In this document: in pieces, positions 27,143-38,824 of the stretch
How positions within the stretch are numbered: the first letter of the stretch is position 1
Layout of the letters: every line of letters begins with the position of its first letter
Source: Asterias rubens
Taxonomy: Eukaryota
Assembly: GCF_902459465.1 (NCBI RefSeq)
Contig: NC_047081.1
Coordinates: forward strand, 4,712,001-4,776,000
Reading direction: 5' to 3'
DNA: 64,000 nucleotides
Notes under the pieces: model-generated
What the model was told of the DNA's origin: nothing
Seen by the model: only the letters and a program-made list of their open reading frames with translations
Databases searched by the model: none
Translations under genes and position numbers: made by a program

Positions 27143-27503
27143 TTAAAGACAGTGTACACTATTGGTAATTGTCAAAGAGCAGTCTTCTCACTTGGTGTAT
27201 CTCAACATATGCATAAAATAACAAACCTGTGAAAATTTGAGCTCGATTGGTCGTCGGAGTTGCGAGATAACTATGAAAGAAAAAACACCCTTGTCACACG
27301 AAGTTGTGTGCTTTCAGATGCTTGATTTCGAGACCTCAAGTTCTAAACTTGAGGTCTCGAAATCAAATTCGTGGAAAATAACTTCTTTCTCCAAAACTAG
27401 GTCACTTCAAAGGGAGCTGTTTCTCACAATGTTTTATACCATCAATCTCTCCCCATTACTCGTTTCCAAGTAAGGTTTTATGCCAATAACTATTTGAGTA
27501 ATT
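27143..27503 (+). mobile_element. Family A MITE, right TIR truncated
   Basis: TTAAAGACAGTGTACACTATTGGTAATTGTC start; central hairpin ttgatttcgagacctcaagt/acttgaggtctcgaaatcaa. Confidence 0.9.
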
Positions 27504-30500
27504 AACTCAAACTGCAGTATCTCTGAAATAGCTGAGGTAGCTTTGTAGACAGGGGAAGAGGGCTGATTCTGATTGCTTTAGTTACGAGACTCATTTGAGC
27601 AATGTCAAGTTCGTTTATTTTCATGCATAAGGTTTGCTAATTTGCATACATGAACTCCTCCCAAACAAAGTGAAATCACAAAGTGCACTATGATGATAAG
27701 GTTACTCAACACAACACTCAGCAGATGATGTACTTTTATGCTACCTGTCATCTGTCACTTTTCCTAAATCTTTCGGACTCTTTTGGCGGGCAATTGAAGT
27801 AGCTTTATATCCTGCCTCTATGAAAAACAACTGTATTGGATTTATTACACTCAATCACGACGAGCAACATACCTAAGATGGTTAAATCACAGTCACATAT
27901 GAGTTGGGATACCAGACCAGCGAATCACCCAAATACTAACACTTTTAAGCTGATTTAAGATCAAGGTGCCTGCGCGGTCGGAAATGTTTGGAAAACTCTA
28001 ATTTTTACAAGACAAGTTGTAATGATTTGGTTGGAGTGCAGAGTGTCTTGCGTGTCAGTGGAGATAATAAATCAGGGACTCAAAAGCTTACCTCATTAAA
28101 GAGATTTATGTGTAATTGATAAAAGGTTCGGAGTCCCTTGTGGTTTATTGTTGTGACATCTTTATATATAGTTATAAAGGTATACATAGTTGTTTACACG
28201 AATCAGTCCAGTTTAAAAAGAGCATCATCGCTTAAATTGAAATCACTAGTGACTTTTGGAAATTAAACTTGGTATCCCCTTTTTCACAAAATTTTGAAAT
28301 ATATTGACAACTCACTTAAGTGTCTATTGATGAAAATGACATGAATGTTTTTGGATATGACCTCCTTCTGCCCTGTGTAAAACATAGGTTGATGGTATTC
28401 CTGGTACCCTACCGCAGCCAGACACGGCCATAGCAACGCTTAGTATCTGTCCTCACTGTGTCTCCCCTATAATTCGATTTTCTGGACTAAAATTCGATTC
28501 CAGGGTCCTCCTACGGGACAGTGATTATGCTCAGAAACGTAATCAGGCGTAAATGATGGAATTATGGCTGCGGATATTTGTGAGATCTAGTTACCGCCGC
28601 TGGTAATTCCTGTCCGTATTCACTTGAACGAGCCTGGGTAACTAGCCAACATGGCGGAGACTACTCCACCAAACCTAGGCCATAGCCTAGGTTTGGTCAG
28701 CAAGATACTATTAAAAAAATACTACTTTTTTGCTGAGTCGTCATCGAATCACAATGGTTATTCGAATACTTTCTTATTGTTAGTTCCTAGTCTTCTTAAG
28801 TGCTCCGCAGGCTGTTCCTTCTTCGAACTTAAGCATGACGATAAGCTAATAAAAAATAGTCTACAATATTTGGTGGTGATTGGGCATTTTTTACCTGACT
28901 TTGAAATGGTTAATACATTCGCCGCTATAACAAGGTCACACGTGGCTTCATAATTAACTACCACTTGTGAATGTACACCCAGCTATCCTGTGCCAAACCC
29001 TTCACCTGAGCAATACCTGTGTGTTTTCCTTGATATGTTTTCTGGCGTTAGCAGCAAGCTCATATAAATCATTCAGTCTTCACACTAGTTTCACTTCATG
29101 TTTTTGACATACATGATATCTGGATGGATTAGTAATGTCCTGTTTGTGAAACTTAGATTTCCCGAAGTCGTGACCTTAAACTTTGCACTTTTGTGCCTCT
29201 TCAAAGACCTGCTTCCAAGAGGCCGAGGGACTGACTGTACAGACTGGAACAATAATTAATGAGTAAGGATAATTTTGGATGTTGTAAATGTTCTTATGCA
29301 GGAAGCATGATGGATATTGTGTCATTCATCACTCATACAAATGTTCCAACTATCATAAACTTCCAAGGAAGTCTAAAGTACACGCGCGTGTGTGTTAATT
29401 AATAACAAAAAAGGTCCATGACTTAAAATTGCCTCCCTTGGAATTTCTCAGTGTAGACTGTATTTGTTTATTTTGTTGTTCATTTTTGCGTTTCTACCTC
29501 CATGGTTAGATGTATGGATTGTCTATAGGAATGTTCTTTGCTTCATGCGGGTACTTTCATGCATGTATGCATCGTATGTAAACACATTATAATTTCAGCG
29601 GGGGCAGCTGTCTCCCCATTTCAACTGGAGAAATTTCATTAAGTCCCCATTAGTCCCGGTGAGAGACCGAGGCAGGGAGGGTTTGACGGGGCGGTTGCAC
29701 GCTCGGCCTGACCGTCTCTCGCGGCTATGTCCCTGCTCAGACGCGCCTTGGTGGCATGCCTGCCTGTCGCTCTACGTGCACGCTCATGTTGATACTACAC
29801 TTTTTCCTCCTCCAGCGTCAAAACCCATCGGCTACGGTGACAGAACACCCAGACTCTCTTAAGTTTAAAAGCGCACCATTAATTAATGACTGTCGATTGA
29901 TGAGCACTTCCTCTCAACTCCCATATCTCATTTTTTTTTTTTTTTTTTGATAAAGATTATTATTTATATACTTTTTGTTTGTGTTTTTTTGTTTAGGACT
30001 ATCGAGTGGCCAATGAATTTCTCACGTCATTCTTGCCACGTCCCTTGGCGGTCTTACTCAGTGTGTTGCTGAGTATATACCTTTCCACACGCACAAAGTC
30101 TACCAACATCTATTTCGTTAGATATAGCGTATCTAAAAGCAGTTTGATCACCAGGCTATTGGAGGATAATATATGACACATTTGGACTTGCGGGGGCATT
30201 GTAGTTTATAAGAAGCAACCTCATCACAGCGAGATATTACCTCTGGAACTACCGCACATTCTCTGTTGCCTTCTAGCGGTAAGCTATTTTGTTCAGATGC
30301 TATTGTAAAATAACCAAAACCTGGATGCAAAACTGTTCCTCTTTGAGTATGAGATTTCTGTTAATATGGCCATGAAGGAAAAAGACATGTTCAAGTTGGT
30401 TTTCTCGTTATCACTTTGCGATAGACCTACGTAGTGTATTCACAGTAATAGTCTGGTCATGATGTTATAGTTATATGCACTGTGAGAGTTGAGGAACTGT

Positions 30501-30806
30501 TTGGTGCGTTTCTAATATTGACTAACTTCACACCGGTTATTAATACTTTATCATTACATTGTGGTTGACTTTTTAAAAGTCTTTCCAATTCCCGAAGGTG
30601 AATATTAACTCGTTATGGTTTGTTGACGCTGTGCATATTTCGTTTCATTACCATTTATCACCATTCATTACCACTGCAGCTATATCATTTGTTGGGGAAT
30701 TGAACTTCGAAGACTAATTAGAGCTTTAAGTAAACCTACTCACTCAATGTGAACACTGTCGTTGTTAGGTTTTGCTGCAGTTTAGACGTTAACACGACCA
30801 GACCAC

Positions 30807-30995
30807 GGCCAAATTTCCTAGAGCTGCTTAGCAGACAAGGCTGCTTAACAAGTTTCCGCTTTGCAGAAGTGAGCAGGATACCACTCACAACGTGTACATG
30901 TGACATTGTAGGTTGGCTGATAACGCCATTTTGGTAAGCATATTTTGTTGTATATAGCTACATTTTTGTCTGCCTAAGCAGCATGAAATTGGGCC
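30807..30995. mobile_element. Family C MITE
   Basis: ggccaaatttcctagagctgcttagcagaca ... tgtctgcctaagcagcatgaaattgggcc imperfect TIRs. Confidence 0.7.
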
Positions 30996-31667
30996 AAGCA
31001 TAATGATGACAGTGGTTTGGTTTAATGTCATGGCTGTGTGCAATCAGTTGAGTTCTTCAACTTTTAATCTAATAATGTAAATCTTGAAAATAAGTTAGAA
31101 AAGTTTAATTTGAGTGAATGAAGAGAAGACCACAATGTAAAGCGGTATTGACATGTGAATTGGAAATTGCATCGTACACAACGTACTGTACATACACTTA
31201 CAACTACTGCGTGTATCAAGACGTGTGACATTCGGAATTGAAGTGGTATGGGTTGGTCCAGACGTTTATTCTGAAGTGATGCCTCATCCTAAACCCCTCC
31301 CCTCTAATATTTGACAGCATTGTTTTCCTCCATGAATGAGGAAAACAACAGCTTGTTCCCATGTGGGTTTTGAGGTTTCGTCACAGTTCTCGACATCCGC
31401 TATGTCTGTCAGTTCTACAGAGTGCGCGCTAGTCGACAATTATGATTGACAGCTGATTGACCTCTGCGTCTCATTATGACCCCATGTGGAGAAGGGTCAG
31501 GTCCGTAGAAGCTTTTCCTGTGTCAGTATTTGTCAGCGAGTCATTTTGCTGAGGTCACTGTCCTGGGGCAAGTTGATTCCAATTCCCTTGTTGCATCTCG
31601 TCTCCTTGGCCGTATATAGCGATTAGTGTTCTTCCAACGGCTGACCTGACTATCTAATGACAGTAGG

Positions 31668-31766
31668 ACAACGTATAGGCACATGGTTCAGCATATATTC
31701 ACAACGTATAGGCACATGGTTCAGCATATATTCACAACGTATAGGCACATGGTTCAGCATATATTC
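31668..31766. repeat. 33-bp tandem repeat, 3 identical copies
   Basis: acaacgtataggcacatggttcagcatatattc at 31668, 31701, 31734. Confidence 0.97.
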
Positions 31767-31904
31767 TCCATTGAGAATTATGAGCTAGTTGGAAAGGACT
31801 GAATACATTTACCGTGAATTTATTACGGGTGCTGTTCAATAGCCCATGAACCCCTTTTTCAAAAATAAATATCCAAAATCTCTGAGAGACATTAATAAAA
31901 TAAT

Positions 31905-32143
31905 GGGCCCAATTTCATGGCTCTGTTTACCGCCGAAGTCTGTGCTTACGATCAACATTCCCCGCTTACTTGCAGGTGCTAAATGTCTGCGCTGGCTCTG
32001 TAAGCGTATAATACCTAGTAAAATGGAGTACGTACACGCACAAGTCAAAATACCCTGCCAACCCTTGAAACTTGTTTGATGTAAGCACAGAATTCCCTGC
32101 TTCCATAAGCACCGATTCCTTGCTTACCGTAAGCAGAGCCATT
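31905..32143. mobile_element. Family C-related MITE
   Basis: gggcccaatttcatggctctg at the left; inverted cagagccat at the right, where the outer TIR is lost. Confidence 0.6.
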
Positions 32144-32343
32144 GTATGATATTAACCAATCCTAATTGATAGTGCAGCAAAGGGTTATGAAAATATCTTT
32201 GCATAAAGTTCTATATTCAAAGTAGACGTACATTGGTTAACATTGAGCTCATTAAAGTTTATGCCACTTTGCGAGACTGGTAGCCTATGGTAGCCAATAT
32301 GATGGCCATAGGTCAGTAGTATCAGTAGTATGATCGACCAGTA

Positions 32344-34165
32344 TTGGCACTCATGGAGCTCCGTACAATCAGCCAGCCCAAAGACATACATGATGGCACT
32401 CATGGTGCTCCGTACTCTCAGCCAGCCCAAAGGCACACATAATGGCACTCATGGAGCTCCGTACAATCAGCCAGCCCAAAGACACACATAATGGCACTCA
32501 TGGAGTTCTGTACTTTTAGCCAGCCAAAAGTCTCACATAATGGCACTCATGGAGCTCCGTACAATCAGCCAGCCAAAATACACACATAATGGCACTCATG
32601 CACTCCGTACAACCAGCCAGCCCGAATACACACATAATGACACTCAATGAGCTCCGTACAACCAGCCAGCCCAAAGACACACATATGGCACTCGTGGAAC
32701 TCCGTACTATCAGCAAGCCCAAAGACATGGCACTCATGGAGCCCCGTACTATCAGCCAGCCCAAAGACACCGGAATGGCACTCTTGGAACTCCGTACTAT
32801 CAGCAAGCCAAAGACACACATAATGGCACTCGTGGAACTCCGTACTATCAGCAATCCCAAAGACACACATAATGACACCAATGGAGCTACGTACAGTCAG
32901 CCAGCCAAAGACACACATAATGGCACTCAAGGAGCTCCGTACTATCAGCAAGCCCAAAGACACACATATGGCACTCGTGGAACTCCGTACTATCAGCCAG
33001 CCAAAATACACACATAATGGCACTCATGCAGCTCCGTACAACTAGCCAGCCCGAATACACATAATGGCACTCAATGAGCTCCGTACAACCAGCCAGCCCA
33101 AAGACACACATATGGCACTCGTGGAACTCCGTACTATCAGCAAGCCCAAAGACATGGCACTCATGGAGCTCCGTACTATCAGCCAGCCAAAAGAAACCGG
33201 AATGGCACTCGTGGAACTCCGTACTGTCAGCAAGCCAAAGACACACATATGACACTCGTGGAACTCCGTACTGTCAGCAATCCCAAAGACACACATAATG
33301 ACACCAATGGAGCTCCGTACAGTCAGCCAGCCAAAGACACACATAATGGCACTCAAGGAGCTCCGTACTATTAGCAAGCCCAAAGACACACATATGGCAC
33401 TCGTGGAACTCCGTACATTCAGCCAGCCAAAATACACACATAATGGCACTCATGCAGCTCCGTATCAGCCAGCCAAAGACACACATAATGACACTCATGG
33501 AGCTCCGTACTATCAGCCAGCCCAAAGACACCGGAATGGCACTCGTGAAACTCCGTACTATCAGCAAGCCAAATACACACATATGGCACTCGTGGAACTC
33601 CGTACTATCAGCAAGCCCAAAGACACACTTAATGACACTCGTGGAACTCCGCACTATCAGCCAGCCAAAGACACACATAATGGCACTCATTGAGCTCCGT
33701 ACAATCAGCCAGCCCAAAGACACCGGAATGGCACTCGTGAAACTCCGTACTATCAGCAGCCCAAAGACACACATATGGCACTCGTGGAACTCCGTACTAT
33801 CAGCAATCCCAAAGACACACATAATGACACCAATGAAGCTCAGTACAGTCAGCAGCCAAGGACACACATAATGGCACTCAAGGAGCTCCGTACTACCAGC
33901 CAGCCCAAAGACACACATAATGACACTCGTGGAACTCCGCACTATCAGCCAGCCAAAGACACACCTAATGGCACTCACTGAGCTCCGTACAATCAGCCAG
34001 CCCAAAGACACACATAATGACACCAATGAAGCTCAGTACAGTCAGCAGCCAAAGACACACATAATGGCACTCAAGGAGCTCCGTACTATCAGCAAGCCCA
34101 AAGACACACATAATGGCACTTGTAGAACTCCGTACTATCGGGCAACCAGAAGACACACTAAAAGA
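32344..34165. repeat. Complex minisatellite of 42-49-bp monomers (about 38) with higher-order structure
   Basis: Consensus atggcactcatggagctccgtactatcagccagcccaaagacacacata. A 9-monomer block recurs at 32589, 33017 and 33443 (spacings 428 and 426). Confidence 0.95.
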
Positions 34166-34264
34166 CACTCAAGGCTCTCTCTGAGCCCTATTCCAGAACA
34201 CCAGGATCAACCTCTTCTCCTTATGATAGTGTATGCACTTCACAACACACAAGACCAACGGCTT

Positions 34265-34411
34265 CACGTCTCATCCGAAGGACGCAACAATAATGGTGAA
34301 GTGTCTTGCTTAAGGACACAGGTGTCACGACTGGGACTCGAACCCACACTCTGCTGAACAGAAACACCACAGCTTGAGCCCAGTGCCCTATATCCACTCG
34401 GCCATGACATC
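34265..34411 (-). mobile_element. tRNA-derived SINE (5' head and body)
   Basis: Reverse complement reads gtcatggccgagtgg (A box) ... gggttcgagtccc (B box) ... gtgtccttaagcaagacactt. Confidence 0.8.
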
Positions 34412-34764
34412 TCTAGGTAAAGATGTAAATATGTTTACCCTTTTCTTAGAAATTCTTGAATTTAAATGGAAAAATACCGTGTGTTTGATTTAACCTCTTT
34501 ATGAAAAAGTTAACCATATTCTTTACTCGTTCATAATTATCCTCACGGTGTATTGCAACCGAGGATAATATGACGTACGGAAAGGTAATTGGAATCTGCC
34601 TTATCTGACATGACCATGGTTGACCATGATTTGGCCTTGACTTTGTGGTTAATGTGGGCTGTAATTGAAAATACAAGATCGATTCTGTATCTTTTATTTT
34701 GTCGCATTGATCATACTGTGTGTTGGTAAAGATGTCATACCATACTAATCTCATTACTGCGTAT

Positions 34765-35138
34765 TTAAAGGGATACGTTGCTTTGGATTTGGGCGCTTCG
34801 AGCTTTACAAGTGAAATGAACAGTATATGTGGAAATATGTTTTAAAAGTAGAATATGTAATCCACCCAAATTAACCTAGAAAATATGTGGTTTTCCTTTT
34901 ACATCTTGACAAAACACAGTCCGCAATTTGTTGAAACAATTTGTTTAGTGTACACACATAATGGTAGACCGTATTGTTCACAGAATAAAAGGTAAACCGC
35001 GTAGGTTGGAGGGATTTATTTTGTAAATCATTATACTGTATACTTGTTAAACATGTTTTCAAACATATTCAATTCAAACAAACGCTTTTGATAGTCTAGC
35101 CCAAAGCGCCCAAATTTGAAGGCAATGTGTCCTTTTAA
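34765..35138. mobile_element. Family B MITE, old and diverged
   Basis: TTAAAGGGATACGTTGCTTTGGAT...AAGGCAATGTGTCCTTTTAA. Shares its right TTAA with the next family A copy. Confidence 0.8.
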
Positions 35139-35505
35139 AGGCAGTGGACACTATTGGTAATTGTCAAAGACTAGTCTTCTCACTTGGTGTATCTCAACAT
35201 ATGCATAAAATAACAAACCTGTGAAAATTTGAGCTCAATCGGTCGCCGAAGTTGCGAGATAATAATGAAAGAAAAAACACCCTCCGTCACACGAATTTGT
35301 GTGCTTTCTGATGCAAGTTTTAAACTTGAGGTCTTAAAATCAAATTCGTGGAAAATTACTGTTTTCTCGAAAACTACGTCACTTCAGAGGGAGCTGTTTC
35401 TCACAATGTTTTATACTGTCAACCTCTCCCTATTACTCGTAATCAAGAAAGGTTTTATGATGATAATTATTTTCAGTAATTACCAATAGTGTCCACTGCC
35501 TTTAA
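35135..35505 (+). mobile_element. Family A MITE with perfect TIRs
   Basis: TTAA|AGGCAGTGGACACTATTGGTAATT ... AATTACCAATAGTGTCCACTGCCT|TTAA. TTAA target with purine-purine ends is Kolobok-like by established superfamily rules. Confidence 0.95.
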
Positions 35506-35756
35506 AAGTTCGATGCAGTAATTTCAGTCTTGTAATCTTCGTGCTATAAGCAAACACTAAACCTTTCATGCTCTCGTCTAAAAATCGTGTAAACTTTATA
35601 CTTGATACAGTATACATCTGAGCCTTGTAATATACGTCTTGAAGCCTTGTTGCTGCTAGTATAATTGGATAGTTCCTCCAGGTGTCTCAGGTGCTGCCAT
35701 CACGTTGTCCTTACAATATAAGTACGGTGTAGTTCAAATCTAGTTCATTGTACATG

Positions 35757-36444
35757 CAGACCTACCAAGTCTCGCGCATTAGGCGTGAGACTCACGCATT
35801 GGGGCCAGACCGGGAAAAAAATAAAAATTAACGACATGCATTGCCAAATCGCGCTCGTGTGTACAAAAAACGCAATCTACAATGTTTGCACAATCTTCAG
35901 ATTGCACGCAGTTTATCAGAATCATCATTTGTGTACAAACTTTGTACAAACAGAGCGCAAGTTTGCAGATTGCGCACGCTTTTGCTCTTCCAGCAGGTTC
36001 AGCTAAACTTCGGCAGAGCGCAAAACGCTTATTGCGCACAAGTTTTTACCGATTCGTTTAGCAAATTCGTTAAATGCGCTCCACTAGCGAAGACACAACA
36101 GGCAGAAGAAGTGAGCGGAGGATTTTGGACATCTTTTTTAGTCGATCTTTTTTAAGTTTGGAAGGAAATAATCTGACGCAATCGTACCTCCACATTTACC
36201 ATCAACATCTCCTGTGTACCTCATGTGAGTTTTAATTATTTTGAAGAGGTTTTTGATGCATTTTGGAACACTTTTTTTGTCCACTATTAAATTTCGGATT
36301 TATTTTTTATTTTATTAAAAATAAAAATAAAGTTGGGCGGCGATTTCGAAAGGCCTTCTAAAACTGGAAGAAAAAAAATCCGGGGGGGGGGGTTGAGCTT
36401 TGAAAAATCTCACGCATAGCTGGCCTCTGGACTTGGCATCTCTG
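35757..36444. mobile_element. Possible non-autonomous hAT-like element
   Basis: CAGACCTACCAAGT versus (rev-comp of right end) CAGAGATGCCAAGT, 11/14 match. Subterminal ctcacgca motif near both ends. No 8-bp TSD recognisable. Confidence 0.35.
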
Positions 36445-37022
36445 CCATACTCTGCCATACTGATGCCAGAAGAGCATTTGCAAGCTGTGTTTATTTCTAA
36501 AAAAATATTTCCAAATTCCAGGTCAGTACCATGCTCGTTTTACTCCTATTCTATGCAGTTTGGCTGGAGGCTTGATCCAAACTAATGTGTATGTATGTAC
36601 ATTGTTAAGGGAAAATCACCATTGTTTAAGGGAAAGTAAATTCATTTCTATTGTCCGGTTCAAGTTTAAAAACATCATACAACCATTTACACATTTCATC
36701 AAATCGTGCTGTTTGCATTTTCGAGAAAACTACAAAAAAACGATTGATTTTTTCATGGTGCACGTTCACTGGTGTGAGCAAAGTGATTTTTTCGGTCTTC
36801 AAATGCGATTTCCTCGTCATTTCGCGAAAAAAAACGGGATTAGCATGGGCTTAATTGAATGAAATAAAATGGTTTAACTTGAAATGAAGGGATGTTTGAG
36901 ACTTTGTATGGCCTGGTTCATTAAGTGTGGATACAATACTTCGTTAAATCTTTGACAATACAATGTTGTACACCTGCTGTTATTAAATTTAGAAGTCTGA
37001 AGTTATAATTGTCACAAATAAA

Positions 37023-38068
37023 ACCCGTATAAGACCAGTGATGTTTTGTTGTAGGAGATGCTTGGCCTATGTCTTACCCGTATAAGACCAGTGATGTTTT
37101 GTTGTAGGAGATGCTTGGCCTATGTCTTACCCGTATAAGACCAGTGATGTTTTGTTGTAGGAGATGCTTGGCCTATGTCTTACCTTGCTTTAAACCCGCA
37201 TAAGACCAGTGATGTTTTGTTGTAGGAAATGCTTGGCCTATGTCTTACCTTGCTTTAAACCCGTATAAGACCAGTGATGTTTTGTTGTAGGAGATGATTG
37301 CCCTATGTCTTACCTTGCTTTAAACCCGTATAAGACCAGTGATGTTTTGTTGTAGGAGATGCTTGGCCTATGTCTTACCCGTATAAGACCAGTGATGTTT
37401 TGTTGTAGGAGATGCTTGGCCTATGTTTTACCTTGCTTTAAACCCGTATAAGACCAGTGATGTTTTGTTGTAGGAGATGCTTGGCCTATGTCTTACCTTG
37501 CTTTAAACCCGTATAAGACCAGTGATGTTTTGTTGTAGGAGATGCTTGGCCTATGTCTTACCTTGCTTTAAACCCGTATAAGACCAGTGATGTTTTGTTG
37601 TAGGAGATGCTTGGCCTATGTCTTACCCGTATAAGACCAGTGATGTTTTGTTGTAGGAGATGCTTGGCCTATGTCTTACCCGTATAAGACCAGTGATGTT
37701 TTGTTGTAGGAGATGCTTGGCCTATGTCTAACCCGTATAAGACCAGTGATGTTTTGTTGTAGGAGATGCTTGGCCTATGTCTTACCCGTATAAGACCAGT
37801 GATGTTTTGTTGTAGGAGATGCTTGGCCTATGTCTTACCCGTATAAGACCAGTGATGTTTTGTTGTAGGAGATGCTTGGCCTATGTCTTACCCGTATAAG
37901 ACCAGTGATGTTTTGTTGTAGGAGATGCTTGGCCTATGTCTTACCCGTATAAGACCAGTGATGTTTTGTTGTAGGAGATGCTTGGCCTATGTCTTACCTT
38001 GCTTTAAACCCGTATAAGACCAGTGATGTTTTGTTGTAGGAGATGCTTGGCCTATGTCTTACCTTGCT
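37023..38068. repeat. Dimorphic 53/65-bp minisatellite, 18 units
   Basis: acccgtataagaccagtgatgttttgttgtaggagatgcttggcctatgtctt with an optional 12-bp accttgctttaa addition. Confidence 0.97.
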
Positions 38069-38824
38069 ATGACCTGTCTTGATTTCTGAACTCTGTCAAT
38101 GTGGACATATTTTCAGATATCGTATGTTTTGAATGTTCCTATATTTTGAGGATTCCAAGGTTCTGTACTGTAGCAACCATTGTAGCAAGCGTACTCTATC
38201 TTCCTGTTGCACCTCTAAAGCAGGTTATATATAGGTTTGGATTTGGCTAAGATAAGACCCGATTATTGGTCCATAACTACCTTATTAATGTCATACCCGG
38301 GTACAGGATATCATGAAGGCCGAGAATTACTCAAATTCATTTAGGAATTGACTTTTTTGTCTAGACTAAGCGCAGCTAATTCTTAACTTGAAGTTATCTT
38401 TATATAATAAAGTAGAATCCGGGATTATGGAATAATGTTGTGGATGACAGATTTAATTAGTTTTTAAGATAACAAAACAGGTTGTTGATGGATGCTGAGC
38501 ATGGTTTAATACCCTACTGGTTTGGCTGACCTCTCAAACCTCTCGGTTCAACGATTTGATTTTTATAAGAGAGTTTCCAGTTGGCTAATCTGGAGATACT
38601 TCCGGGTTGTCGTGTCCAATCAGAGAGGTCTTTAATCACAATAATATCGTGATGGGGTTTGTAACGAGCAGATCACGTCCAGCCACTTACCGGTCGTAAT
38701 CACAATAATTACTGCCTCTAATATCTCTATTGAATACCTCTATCCATCTCATCTATATCGACAAAACAACCAAACAAGTTGAGTTTGGTTAATGTGGTGT
38801 GTACTGCTTCTCAAAGAAGGTTCA

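Noticed and set aside
32185-34357. Many 60-250-aa ORFs on both strands
   Set aside because: By-products of a stop-poor minisatellite. Open in several frames at once, with no splice or codon evidence.
21608-38068. Regular repeat arrays as CRISPR-like loci
   Set aside because: Units are contiguous with no unique spacers, there are no cas genes, and the context is a spliced eukaryotic locus.
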